Made by a program: the position numbers and the translations under genes. Of a DNA stretch of 64,000 nt, positions 18,860 to 27,837 are shown piece after piece (the stretch's first letter is position 1; every line of letters begins with the position of its first letter). Origin of the DNA: an uncultured Porticoccaceae bacterium (GTDB lineage: Bacteria; Pseudomonadota; Gammaproteobacteria; Pseudomonadales; GM7GCV1); assembly GCA_964623085.1 (NCBI GenBank), contig CAZUTO010000007.1, positions 4,752-68,751 of the forward strand, read 5' to 3'. The notes beneath the pieces were generated by a model. It had not been told where the DNA came from, did no database searches, and worked only from the letters and a program-made list of their open reading frames with translations.

Positions 18860-19681
18860 ATGCTTATTGACTCTCACTGTCATTTAGACCGCTTAGATCT
18901 TAGTTGTTACAACCATTCCTTGGATGGGGCCCTGCAAGCTGCGCGCGATTCTGGGGTTAGCGGTTTTCTCTGTATTGGTATTGGCTTCGATAACGCCGAT
19001 CAATTAATAGATATTGAACGCAGTCATTCTGATGTTTGGTTGTCCATGGGTGTTCATCCTCTAGAGGACAATCTAGAGACAACTCCTGCTGAATTGAAAA
19101 AATGGTGCTCTCTACCGGTTGTTCATGCCGTTGGTGAAACAGGCCTTGACTACCACTACAAGCCTGAGACGCGCGCAACTCAAATGGCGTCTTTTCGAAC
19201 GCACCTGCAGGTCGCTGCAGACATTGAAAAACCTATTATTGTCCATACTAGAAACGCCCAGAAAGATACACTACAGCTTATTCGTGATCATGGTGGCTCT
19301 GCTGCTGGGGTACTGCATTGTTTTACGGAAAGTTGGGAAATGGCTGAACAGGCAATGGATATGGGTTATTACATCTCGATATCCGGTATTGTGACATTTC
19401 ACAACGCGGACGCGCTGAGAGAGGTTGTACGAAAAACGCCTTTGAATCGTTTGCTAATTGAGACAGACTCGCCTTATTTGGCGCCTGTTCCCAAGCGCGG
19501 CAAGCCCAATGATCCGTCGTTACTGCTGCACGTGGCAGAAACGGTGGCCGAGCTTAAAGGTATCGATGTGGAAGCGCTGGGGCAGGCAACGACAGAGAAC
19601 TTTCATAGGTTGTTTCCCAGTATTCGAACTGGAAGTCAGAAAAATATCGGCTTAGAAAACGAGGCGACAAGAACATGCTAG
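18860..19681 (+). CDS. ycfH: TatD-family metal-dependent hydrolase (YcfH type)
   Basis: It has MLIDSHCHLD, GETGLDYH and ETDSPYL motifs. Confidence 0.9.
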   Translation: MLIDSHCHLDRLDLSCYNHSLDGALQAARDSGVSGFLCIGIGFDNADQLIDIERSHSDVWLSMGVHPLEDNLETTPAELKKWCSLPVVHAVGETGLDYHYKPETRATQMASFRTHLQVAADIEKPIIVHTRNAQKDTLQLIRDHGGSAAGVLHCFTESWEMAEQAMDMGYYISISGIVTFHNADALREVVRKTPLNRLLIETDSPYLAPVPKRGKPNDPSLLLHVAETVAELKGIDVEALGQATTENFHRLFPSIRTGSQKNIGLENEATRTC

Positions 19682-20322
19682 ATCAATGCCGTTCATCGAA
19701 TGCGCAGCTTCAAGCACAGCGTAACCAGCTCAACGTTATGCTCGAACTGCAAGACAAGATGAATGCACGTGTCCATCCGGATTGGCAATCGCAAAACTTC
19801 CCTTGGTATCGAGCAATCTGGACAGAATGTGCCGAGACAATGGATCATTACGGTTGGAAGTGGTGGAAAAAGCAGACACCCGATCGCGATCAGGTCTGCA
19901 TGGAGCTAGTGGATATATGGCACTTTGGTTTGAGTATTTTATTGTTGGAAGGTGTCTCTCCAAGTGAATTGATAGATCAGCTTGAAGAACCTCAGGTTGG
20001 CAATGAGGATTTTCGCGATCTGCTTGAGGACTTCACACAGGCCACGTTATCAACAAAGAGTTTTGATCTACTGCGATTTCGTCGTTTGATGGCGTCAGTT
20101 GAAATGAATACGGACGATCTCTATGTGCAGTATGTAGGTAAAAATGTACTTAATTTCTTCCGCCAAGATCATGGCTACCAAGATGGCAGTTACCAAAAAA
20201 TTTGGAATGGCAAAGAAGATAATGAACACCTCGTTGAGGTTTTGGCCGAACTAAATCCGTCGCTCGATAACTTCGCAGATTTACTCTACGCAGAGCTTGA
20301 ATCTCGCTACCCAGGTACTTGA
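19675..20322 (+). CDS. dimeric all-alpha dUTPase (dUTPase_2 / PF08761-like)
   Basis: 215 aa. The blocks W.RAIW.ECAE..DH.GWKWWK, ELVDIWHF and YVGKNVLNFFRQDHGYQDGSYQKIWNGKEDNE match my memory of the Campylobacter/trypanosomatid dimeric dUTPase family. It overlaps the tatD stop by 7 nt and ends 1 nt before ftsB. Confidence 0.75.
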   Translation: MLDQCRSSNAQLQAQRNQLNVMLELQDKMNARVHPDWQSQNFPWYRAIWTECAETMDHYGWKWWKKQTPDRDQVCMELVDIWHFGLSILLLEGVSPSELIDQLEEPQVGNEDFRDLLEDFTQATLSTKSFDLLRFRRLMASVEMNTDDLYVQYVGKNVLNFFRQDHGYQDGSYQKIWNGKEDNEHLVEVLAELNPSLDNFADLLYAELESRYPGT

Positions 20323-20323
20323 T

Positions 20324-20620
20324 ATGAAATCCCGTTGGTTGGCACTTGTACTTCTCGTCTTGGTTCTCGCCCTTCAAGCGCAGCTTTGGATTGGTGATGG
20401 CAGTATTGGTCAGCAACGGCAGCTAACTCAAGAAATTCAGGCACAAAAAGAACACAATCAACAACTTGAACAAAGTAATGACGCCCTGATGATTGATATC
20501 GAATCGCTTGGTGACAATGTCGAGGATGCGGCTGGTATAGAAGAACTGGCTCGGTCTGAGCTCGGCATGATCAAGGAAGGTGAAGTGTTCTTTATGATGG
20601 TAGAAGAGGAGAGCGAGTAA
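20324..20620 (+). CDS. ftsB: cell division protein FtsB
   Basis: One N-terminal TM helix followed by a Q/E-rich coiled coil and an ARSELGMIKEGEVFF tail. It sits upstream of ispD. ATG 20324 is preferred over the track's TTG at 20297. Confidence 0.88.
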   Translation: MKSRWLALVLLVLVLALQAQLWIGDGSIGQQRQLTQEIQAQKEHNQQLEQSNDALMIDIESLGDNVEDAAGIEELARSELGMIKEGEVFFMMVEEESE

Positions 20621-20632
20621 GCCATTCAGTCG

Positions 20633-21322
20633 ATGAAAGTTTATGGCGTACTCCCTGCAGCAGGTAAGGGAAAAAGATTTGGTACAGAATTGCCAAAACA
20701 ATACCAGCTGCTTGCTGGTAAACCGGTTTTGGAACACAGTATTTCTAGATTACTTGCTAGCTTTGATCTATCAGGATTTTGGGTAGCACTCGGAGCAGAG
20801 GATATCCACTGGGACAGCATCGATCCCCAAGTTCGTTCTGCTGTTCATCGGGTTGACGGCGGCACTGAACGAGCAGACTCCGTGCGACTGGCGATCGATG
20901 CTATTCCAAATGCATCAGCAGACGATTGGGTCATGGTTCATGATGCGGTTAGGCCGCTGGTTTCATCCAAGTTGGTCGGAGAGTTGCTGCATTCTCTGGA
21001 TGAAAATGAAGCGGGTGCTATTCTAGCGTTGCCGGTTTTCGATACCGTGAAGCTTGCTACCAACGAAAATACGGTTTCTAAAACACTTGATAGGACAAAC
21101 TTGTGGACAGCGCAAACGCCTCAGGTGTTCCGTTATGGAATGCTCAAGGAGGCACTTGAAACCACGGCTGGCGATACAAGTATTACAGATGAAGCTTCGG
21201 CCATGGAAGCTTGTGGTCATCGGGTTCGATTGTACGAAGGCCATCGTAACAATATGAAAATCACTTGCCGAGAGGATTTGCTTCTCGCAGAACAGCTTAT
21301 TAATTTGGAAGTGAATTCATGA
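20633..21322 (+). CDS. ispD: 2-C-methyl-D-erythritol 4-phosphate cytidylyltransferase
   Basis: 229 aa with a [10 protein letters not shown] motif and VHDAVRP and TPQVF blocks. Confidence 0.93.
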   Translation: MKVYGVLPAAGKGKRFGTELPKQYQLLAGKPVLEHSISRLLASFDLSGFWVALGAEDIHWDSIDPQVRSAVHRVDGGTERADSVRLAIDAIPNASADDWVMVHDAVRPLVSSKLVGELLHSLDENEAGAILALPVFDTVKLATNENTVSKTLDRTNLWTAQTPQVFRYGMLKEALETTAGDTSITDEASAMEACGHRVRLYEGHRNNMKITCREDLLLAEQLINLEVNS

Positions 21323-21795
21323 GAATTGGTCAGGGTTTTGATGTACACAAGTTCGGAGAGGGCAACCATATTATTATCGGTGGTGTCAGCATCCCGCACT
21401 CACATGGTCTCATTGCACACTCAGATGGCGACGTGTTATTGCACGCCTTGTCTGATGCGTTATTAGGTGGCTTGGCCCTTGGCGATATTGGCCATCATTT
21501 TCCTGATGACGACGATAATTGGGAAGGTGCAGATAGTAGAGTGCTCTTAAAACATGTTTACGGAATTATTGGTGCTCGCGGCTACCATATCGTTAACGCG
21601 GATATGACGCTCATTGCGCAACAACCTAAATTTGCACCACATATTCAGCAGATGAGGGACAACATTGCTGAAGATCTCGGTGTCTCTGTAGACCTGATTA
21701 GCGTAAAGGCCACGACAACGGAAAAACTAGGATTTACTGGCCGCCAGGAAGGCATCGCCGCACAAGCGACAGTGTTGTTGCAATCGTCTGAATAA
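21319..21795 (+). CDS. ispF: 2-C-methyl-D-erythritol 2,4-cyclodiphosphate synthase
   Basis: [12 protein letters not shown].., [11 protein letters not shown] and a GDIGHHFPD block. It has an ATGA overlap with ispD. Confidence 0.95.
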   Translation: MRIGQGFDVHKFGEGNHIIIGGVSIPHSHGLIAHSDGDVLLHALSDALLGGLALGDIGHHFPDDDDNWEGADSRVLLKHVYGIIGARGYHIVNADMTLIAQQPKFAPHIQQMRDNIAEDLGVSVDLISVKATTTEKLGFTGRQEGIAAQATVLLQSSE

Positions 21796-21832
21796 CCGGT
21801 CGGCGCCGCTTTTATTAGCGGGCTGAAAATTA

Positions 21833-22807
21833 ATGGAATTAAACTTTACCACTGACTGGGACCGCGCTTGGTCAGCATCACCTTCGTCTCGCTATGGCAA
21901 GTTCCGATGTCAAAACGAGGACTTTCGCGTTGACGAAGAGTTAGGTTTTGAACCTGCGGGTGAAGGTGAGCATGTATACATCCAGTTTGAAAAGATTGGC
22001 CAGAATACGCAGTGGGTTATAGAGACGCTTGCCCTAGAGCTCAATATTTCTAAACCGCTCTTTGGTCGGTCTGGTATCAAAGATCGGCACGCCGTGACAA
22101 CGCAATGGGTCAGCGTGCAGCAACCGGGCACGACCCCTGACTTTAATGGCATCGAAATCCCTGGCGTTCGCTTTCTGCAAATCGGGCGGCATCCAAAAAA
22201 ATTGCGTCCTGGCACTCATGCGCAAAATAATTTCTGCATTGTTTTGCGTGACCTGAGCGCAGAGCCCGAACAACTCGACCAAGTTCTTTCAACTATCGCC
22301 GAAAAAGGGTTTCCAAATTACTTTGGTGCCCAGCGATTTGGTATTGACGGCCAAAATCTTATGCAAGGATGGAAGCTTTTGTCTTCCCGAAGGCTTGGCA
22401 GGCATAAAAAGAAAGGCTTCTATCTCTCTGCATTGCGTAGCTATGTTTTTAATCAAGTGCTGAGTAAAAGGATAGAAGCAGGGCGATTCGCGTCAACCGA
22501 TGAGTTGGATGATAGTGGTCCGCTTTGGGGACGAGGTACACCGCCGATTTCTGATATTCAGGCAGATTACGAAAAGCACTTATTGGCGCAATGGACACCG
22601 CTCCTCACGGCGCTGGAATTTGCGGGTCTTAGCCAGGAGCGCAGGCCGCTAGTGATTATCCCTAAAAACCTCTCTTGGCGGTGGCTTGAGTCATCAACAC
22701 TAGAACTCAAATTTTCCCTGCCTGCTGGAAGTTATGCAACATCTTTGATTCGAGAACTCGGTGATATGGAAGATATGGCCAGACAAACTTTAATGCGGGT
22801 TAAATAG
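21833..22807 (+). CDS. truD: tRNA pseudouridine13 synthase TruD
   Basis: 324 aa with a SGIKDRHAVTTQW catalytic-Asp motif and a PNYFGAQRFG block. It follows ispF, as in E. coli. Confidence 0.9.
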   Translation: MELNFTTDWDRAWSASPSSRYGKFRCQNEDFRVDEELGFEPAGEGEHVYIQFEKIGQNTQWVIETLALELNISKPLFGRSGIKDRHAVTTQWVSVQQPGTTPDFNGIEIPGVRFLQIGRHPKKLRPGTHAQNNFCIVLRDLSAEPEQLDQVLSTIAEKGFPNYFGAQRFGIDGQNLMQGWKLLSSRRLGRHKKKGFYLSALRSYVFNQVLSKRIEAGRFASTDELDDSGPLWGRGTPPISDIQADYEKHLLAQWTPLLTALEFAGLSQERRPLVIIPKNLSWRWLESSTLELKFSLPAGSYATSLIRELGDMEDMARQTLMRVK

Positions 22808-22834
22808 CCATATCATATGGATTAAAAGACAAGC

Positions 22835-22863
22835 GGCTGTGATATTATCACGCCAGATTTTTT
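22835..22863 (+). terminator. candidate rho-independent terminator after truD
   Basis: The stem is GGC(t)GTGAT / ATCACGCC with an att loop, followed by aga and TTTTTT. Confidence 0.5.
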
Positions 22864-22919
22864 GCGACTTCATAAAGGTAAATTAGCCCTCCATGAATAA
22901 TGGTTTACAGGGTGTTGGG

Positions 22920-23561
22920 ATGACCTCCCAGCGAACCCGAGAACGTTTGATTCAACGCTTACAGTCAGAGGGTATCACTAATTCGGCGGTGCTGGATGCC
23001 ATACGCAATGTGCCCCGACACCTGTTCGTAGATGAGGCGCTTTCTCATCGTGCCTATGAAGATACGTCGCTTCCTATTGGTTATTCACAAACCATCTCTC
23101 AACCCTATGTTGTCGCGCGTATGACAGAGCTTTTGCTGTCTCGTGGTGTGCCTAATCGCGTTTTAGAAATCGGGACGGGTTGCGGTTATCAGGCGGCAGT
23201 CTTATCACAGTTAGTGCCGAGAATTTTTTCAGTTGAACGCATTCAACCATTGTTGGAAAAAGCGCGAAAACGCTTTCGTAGTTTGGGCTACAACAATATT
23301 CATTCACAACATGCGGACGGCAGCTTCGGCTGGGCCGAGAAAGGCCCTTATGACGCCATATTGAGTGCGGCCGCGCCTTATAGCGTGCCACAAGAATTGC
23401 TTGAGCAGCTCGCCCCAAATGGCGTGCTTGTTATTCCTGTTGGCGGTGATGAAGTACAAGAACTTCAGCTCATATATCGCGAAGGGCAGACCAATAAGTT
23501 CGATGTTGTTAGCACAGAAGATGTTCGTTTTGTTCCGCTACTGTCTGGCGTGCGCGTTTAG
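22920..23561 (+). CDS. pcm: protein-L-isoaspartate O-methyltransferase
   Basis: It starts [14 protein letters not shown] (Pseudomonas-like) and has an [16 protein letters not shown] motif. An alternative upstream ATG is at 22893. Confidence 0.92.
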   Translation: MTSQRTRERLIQRLQSEGITNSAVLDAIRNVPRHLFVDEALSHRAYEDTSLPIGYSQTISQPYVVARMTELLLSRGVPNRVLEIGTGCGYQAAVLSQLVPRIFSVERIQPLLEKARKRFRSLGYNNIHSQHADGSFGWAEKGPYDAILSAAAPYSVPQELLEQLAPNGVLVIPVGGDEVQELQLIYREGQTNKFDVVSTEDVRFVPLLSGVRV

Positions 23562-23573
23562 GACCATTAGGCT

Positions 23574-24485
23574 GTGAAGCTTTCAGAAGTGCTTGGCATC
23601 GTAACGCGCGGTATGGCAATGGGTGCCGCAGATGTGATGCCAGGTGTGTCGGGTGGCACTATCGCTTTTATTACAGGTATTTATCCGCGTCTGATTACGA
23701 GTCTAACCTCGTTTGATTTCAGCGCGTTGTCTTTGGTGTTTAAGCTTAAGATCGCAGAAGCTTGGAAGCAGGTTGATGGCAATTTTCTGCTTTCGCTCTT
23801 TACTGGCATTCTTTGTTCCATCTACTTGTTTTCCCATGTGGTTGCGTACGCGTTTGAGCGCTTTCCAGTGCTTCTATGGAGTTTTTTTTTCGGGCTGATC
23901 GTAGCATCTGTGATTTTGATGCTATTGGAGCTTGGTCGGCTTAGATTGCGGGAAACCTTGTCATTGATTGCTGGGGTGGCTTTCGTATTTCTCATTAGTG
24001 TTAGCCCAGCTGGTAATCTATCTCCCTCACCGCTATTTGTTTTTCTCGCCGGTTTTATCGCGATTAGCGCCATGCTATTGCCGGGGGTGTCTGGCGCGTT
24101 TTTGTTGCTTTTGATGGGTTTGTACACTCCCACGATAGATGCCGTAAGAAATCTCGATTTAATGTATATCGTTATTTTTGCATCTGGTGCTGCCTTAGGT
24201 TTTCTGTCATTTAGTCGCCTAATTAAATGGCTGCTGACTCGGTTTTATCGGCCGACTCTGCTGTTTTTGATCGGATTGCTGATCGGCTCACTCTATGTGG
24301 TGTGGCCATGGCAGCTTATGGATGCACAGGCAAGGCAAAACCTATCTCCTGCGGACTATGCGACGAATGTGGGTGACCCAATGGTCTTTTGGGCGATAGT
24401 ATCAGCGATAGTGGGTGCGGCAATCATATTGTCTTTTGAGTTGATATTAGGGAAACAAAACACGGAAACGGAAACCTCGGGATGA
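23574..24485 (+). CDS. DUF368 family polytopic membrane protein (PopT-type polyprenyl-phosphate transporter family)
   Basis: 303 aa and very hydrophobic, with duplicated PGVSGGT / PGVSGAF motifs characteristic of DUF368. It has a GTG start, and its stop overlaps the nlpD ATG (ATGA). Confidence 0.8.
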   Translation: MKLSEVLGIVTRGMAMGAADVMPGVSGGTIAFITGIYPRLITSLTSFDFSALSLVFKLKIAEAWKQVDGNFLLSLFTGILCSIYLFSHVVAYAFERFPVLLWSFFFGLIVASVILMLLELGRLRLRETLSLIAGVAFVFLISVSPAGNLSPSPLFVFLAGFIAISAMLLPGVSGAFLLLLMGLYTPTIDAVRNLDLMYIVIFASGAALGFLSFSRLIKWLLTRFYRPTLLFLIGLLIGSLYVVWPWQLMDAQARQNLSPADYATNVGDPMVFWAIVSAIVGAAIILSFELILGKQNTETETSG

Positions 24486-25309
24486 TGGGGAAGTTGGCAT
24501 TAACATCTGGGTTTAAGCGCACCGTTTGTTTGTTTCTTAGTTTCTTTGTTGTGTCTTGCGCCTCTAATGTGCCGCCAATTATTGCGAGCCGTGAAGCGCC
24601 ACCTTCGCAGCGAATTAATTTCCACGAGGTGCAACCTGGGGAAACCTTGTACAGTATCGCTTGGCGCTACGACACTGATTACCGTGATATGGAGCGTATC
24701 AATGGTCTTAGCGAGCCCTATAACTTGCGATTAGGTCAACGCCTCAAAATATATGACGATGGCCAACCGGCTCCAAATTCGAATAGCGCACCCGTAGTAG
24801 ATCGCTCTTCCACAGTGCGAACGGTGCCGATTGACCCTCAATCCGATGTTTATACCTCATCTGATGTTGATGTCTCGTCTGACGGTTCTACCTCACCCGA
24901 TAGTAATCGCCCTGTGCCCCAGGTATCTGTTTCAAACGAAATCGATGGGTGGCGTTGGCCTATAAGTGGTCGCGTTACTTCGGCGTTTGGATCAAACAGC
25001 CTGACTAAGGGTATCGAGATTGATCCAGGAACGGAGAAAAATGTGAGGTCGGCAGCTGACGGTGAGGTGGTATATGCTGGAGCGGGTATCCGCGGAGTCG
25101 GCAACCTCATTATCGTCAAGCACTCTGAATTATATCTAAGTGCCTATGCGTATAACTCCAATTTACTCGTAGAAGAAGGACAAAGAGTGAACGCTGGCGA
25201 AACTATTGCGCGCGCAGGCAATGACTCCAATGGCAGGCCGCGTGTCTATTTTGAGATCCGTAAAGATGGGCAGTCAGTTGATCCAACTAGGTATCTTCCA
25301 ACAAGATAA
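24482..25309 (+). CDS. nlpD: murein hydrolase activator NlpD (LysM + degenerate LytM/M23 lipoprotein)
   Basis: It has a lipobox FVVSC, a LysM domain (HEVQPGETLYSIAWRY..) and a C-terminal M23 fold. The metal-binding His residues are missing (KGIEI, RVYFEIR), as in E. coli NlpD. Confidence 0.88.
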   Translation: MMGKLALTSGFKRTVCLFLSFFVVSCASNVPPIIASREAPPSQRINFHEVQPGETLYSIAWRYDTDYRDMERINGLSEPYNLRLGQRLKIYDDGQPAPNSNSAPVVDRSSTVRTVPIDPQSDVYTSSDVDVSSDGSTSPDSNRPVPQVSVSNEIDGWRWPISGRVTSAFGSNSLTKGIEIDPGTEKNVRSAADGEVVYAGAGIRGVGNLIIVKHSELYLSAYAYNSNLLVEEGQRVNAGETIARAGNDSNGRPRVYFEIRKDGQSVDPTRYLPTR

Positions 25310-25327
25310 AGGTATTTGAGTAGGTTG

Positions 25328-25440
25328 GAGGTGAACCTCACCAGCTGAACTTCGGCACATTCAGAAACTGCTACCGTTGCTCCCTTCCGGGCCTGGCGGA
25401 GTTCACAGCACTAAATTGCGAAGGACCAGTGAGGCCACCA
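25328..25440 (-). ncRNA. ffs: signal recognition particle RNA (4.5S RNA); the ends are approximate
   Basis: The minus strand contains CCAGGCCC-GGAA-GGGAGCAACGG, the domain IV motif with a GGAA tetraloop. Compare E. coli CAGGUCC-GGAA-GGAAGCAG; the change here is compensatory. The 5' GGTGGCCTCACTGG pairs with the 3' CAGCTGGTGAGGTTCACC to close a hairpin of about 110 nt. Confidence 0.85.
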
Positions 25441-25600
25441 CAGACGAGGTTTCATTGAAGAATCCACCTCTAGCCCACAGATTTGCGGGGCGGCAATTAT
25501 GGAGTCCGAGGTCGCTGATTGCAATCCATGCTAATAAGGAATTCGAGGACAATTTCAGCAGCATAGGTATAATCTTGTTTCTATCTGAAAGCCAGATTCT

Positions 25601-27457
25601 ATGAGTTACCAAGTTCTAGCCCGTAAGTGGCGCCCGCAAAATTTTGAAGAGCTCGTTGGCCAAGAACATGTGCTTGGCGCACTCATCAATGCACTCGAAA
25701 ATGAGCGGCTTCACCATGCGTATCTATTTAGTGGAACACGTGGGGTAGGAAAAACGACCATTGCTCGAATTCTGGCGCGCTCTCTAAATTGTGAGACGGG
25801 TATTACGGCAAAACCCTGTGGTGAATGTTCTGCCTGCAAAGAGATCAGCGAAGGTCGATTCGTTGATTTGATTGAAGTAGATGCGGCATCGCGGACCAAG
25901 GTGGAAGATACGCGGGATTTACTTGAGAACGTGCAATATAAGCCTACTCGCGGTCGCTTTAAAATCTATTTGATAGATGAAGTGCACATGCTGTCCAATC
26001 ACAGCTTTAATGCGCTATTAAAAACCCTCGAAGAACCACCAGAACATGTCAAATTTTTGTTGGCGACGACAGACCCACAAAAATTACCGGTAACCGTGCT
26101 TTCACGCTGCTTACAATTTAATTTAAAAAACCTTCCTGCGCAGCGGATTTCCGAATATCTAGAGCAGATTCTTGGCGAAGAAAAGTTGCCATTTGAAAAA
26201 GCAGCTTTAGGGCATCTGGCGCGAGCCGCTGCGGGCAGTATGCGCGATGCTCTTAGCCTGACTGATCAAGCGATTTCCAGCGGAGGCGGCAAGCTTGCTG
26301 AGCAAGATGTTGTCGATATGTTGGGGACGGTTGATCGCAAGCGTATCTATGAAATCGTCGATGCTATCTGTGGGCAAGATGCTGCCGCACTGTTGGATGC
26401 CTGCCAAAATCTCAGACAATATTCGGTAGACTACGCAGCGCTGCTAGAAGAAATGTTGGCGCTTTTTCACGCTGTCGCCGTGCACCTAGCTGTTCCTGAG
26501 GCAGATTTTTCAGGGTTTGGTGATGCGGAGCGTATTGCAGGATATAGCGCGGCAATCTCACCAGAGGATGTCCAGCTTAACTATCAAATGCTGCTTATGG
26601 GACGAAAAGACCTTTCGGCGTCTCCAGACTTACATGTTGGATTTGAAATGTTGATGCTTCGCTTATTGGCATTTCAACCTGAAGCGAAAGGGGCTGCTCA
26701 AAGATCTCAAACATCATCGAGTGATAACGATAGGCAAAGTGGCATCGATATCTCAACCCCCGAAAGCGAGAGCTCAAAACTGGAAGAGGATCGGCCACCA
26801 AAAAAGCCTGAAGCGTCGGTTGAAACGGCGCAAGAACTGCTTAGTAACGCATCGAGTGCACATGCGAATATTAATAGGGTCAGCGCGGTCGTGCCTCAGC
26901 CTGGTACTTTAGACCGAGACAATGAGTCCTCTATAGAGTCAGGTGGCATAGAGAGCACAGAGAACAAGAGCAAAGAAGGATCTATAGCAGAACATCAAGG
27001 CTCGGAAGAAAACTCGACGCAGAGTGCTGCTGAGTTGAGTGCGCCAAAAGACTTAGATAGTCTTACGCCAGATACATGGATTCAACTGTTCCGTGAACTC
27101 TCTTTGACCGGTTCAGCAAAGTCAGTGATTAGTCATATGGTATTGGAGCGACAGGAAGCGGGACAGATGAACTTCAAGTTGGCAGAAGCTGGCCAACCCT
27201 TGTTTAAGGCGAGTCATCAGCAGCGCCTAGCGGATGCCTTAACGACTCATTTTGGGGAACCTATAGATGTGTCAGTCGAAATGGGTGCTGTTGGGTCTGA
27301 AACACCGGCGGAGAATACTCGGCGTCTGCATCGAGAAGCATTAGAAAAAGCAGAAAAAGATATGTTGGATGATCCGGTGATCACTGAGTTTGTGGAAGAA
27401 TTCGAAGCCGAGCTGGTGCCGAATTCAGTCACTTTTTTTGAAAAAGCGAACAATTAG
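25601..27457 (+). CDS. dnaX: DNA polymerase III subunit tau (full-length product). A gamma product is predicted through a -1 frameshift at 26800-26806.
   Basis: 618 aa with GTRGVGKTT Walker A, CGECSACK zinc module, DEVHML and SRC motifs. The C-terminal half is low-complexity and tau-specific. Confidence 0.95.
   Translation: MSYQVLARKWRPQNFEELVGQEHVLGALINALENERLHHAYLFSGTRGVGKTTIARILARSLNCETGITAKPCGECSACKEISEGRFVDLIEVDAASRTKVEDTRDLLENVQYKPTRGRFKIYLIDEVHMLSNHSFNALLKTLEEPPEHVKFLLATTDPQKLPVTVLSRCLQFNLKNLPAQRISEYLEQILGEEKLPFEKAALGHLARAAAGSMRDALSLTDQAISSGGGKLAEQDVVDMLGTVDRKRIYEIVDAICGQDAAALLDACQNLRQYSVDYAALLEEMLALFHAVAVHLAVPEADFSGFGDAERIAGYSAAISPEDVQLNYQMLLMGRKDLSASPDLHVGFEMLMLRLLAFQPEAKGAAQRSQTSSSDNDRQSGIDISTPESESSKLEEDRPPKKPEASVETAQELLSNASSAHANINRVSAVVPQPGTLDRDNESSIESGGIESTENKSKEGSIAEHQGSEENSTQSAAELSAPKDLDSLTPDTWIQLFRELSLTGSAKSVISHMVLERQEAGQMNFKLAEAGQPLFKASHQQRLADALTTHFGEPIDVSVEMGAVGSETPAENTRRLHREALEKAEKDMLDDPVITEFVEEFEAELVPNSVTFFEKANN
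26782..26831 (+). other. predicted dnaX programmed -1 ribosomal frameshift cassette (SD-like element, A_AAA_AAG heptamer, downstream hairpin)
   Basis: GGAAGAGGA lies at 26782-26790, followed by a 9-nt spacer. A AAA AAG at 26800-26806 is in the correct phase (codons 401-402 are AAA AAG). The -1 frame then reads GCC TGA. A hairpin GCGTCG-gttgaaa-CGGCGC at 26813-26831 starts 6 nt after the heptamer. Confidence 0.65.
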
Positions 27458-27492
27458 TCCAATGACGTTAGGAACAAAAGCGAGAAGTTAGC

Positions 27493-27813
27493 ATGAAAGA
27501 TTTTGGCGGAATGATGAAGCAGGCGCAGAAGATGCAGGCCGACATGCAAAAGATTCAAGAGGAAATCCAGAATATGGAGATCGTCGGTGAGTCCGGCGCT
27601 GGTCTGGTGAAAGTGACCATGACCGGCCGTCATGACGTTCGATCAGTCTCTATCGACCCGTCTTTAAAAGAAGAGGGGTTGGAAATGATTGAAGATCTCG
27701 TTGCAGCCGCGGTCAATGATGCAGTCCGAAAAGTGCAATCGGTGACAAGTGAGAAAATGAGTTCGATGACCGGTGGCTTGCAAATGCCTCCTGGATTTGA
27801 CTTCAAGTTTTGA
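27493..27813 (+). CDS. ybaB: nucleoid-associated protein YbaB/EbfC
   Basis: 106 aa with [14 protein letters not shown].. and [11 protein letters not shown]. It sits in the dnaX-ybaB-recR order. Confidence 0.93.
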   Translation: MKDFGGMMKQAQKMQADMQKIQEEIQNMEIVGESGAGLVKVTMTGRHDVRSVSIDPSLKEEGLEMIEDLVAAAVNDAVRKVQSVTSEKMSSMTGGLQMPPGFDFKF

Positions 27814-27837
27814 GGCGGATGATTCAGAAAAAACCTT

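Noticed and set aside
25377-25612. 75-aa (plus) and 69-aa (minus) ORFs between nlpD and dnaX.
   Set aside because: They overlap the SRP RNA gene and the dnaX promoter region. There is no SD or family resemblance.
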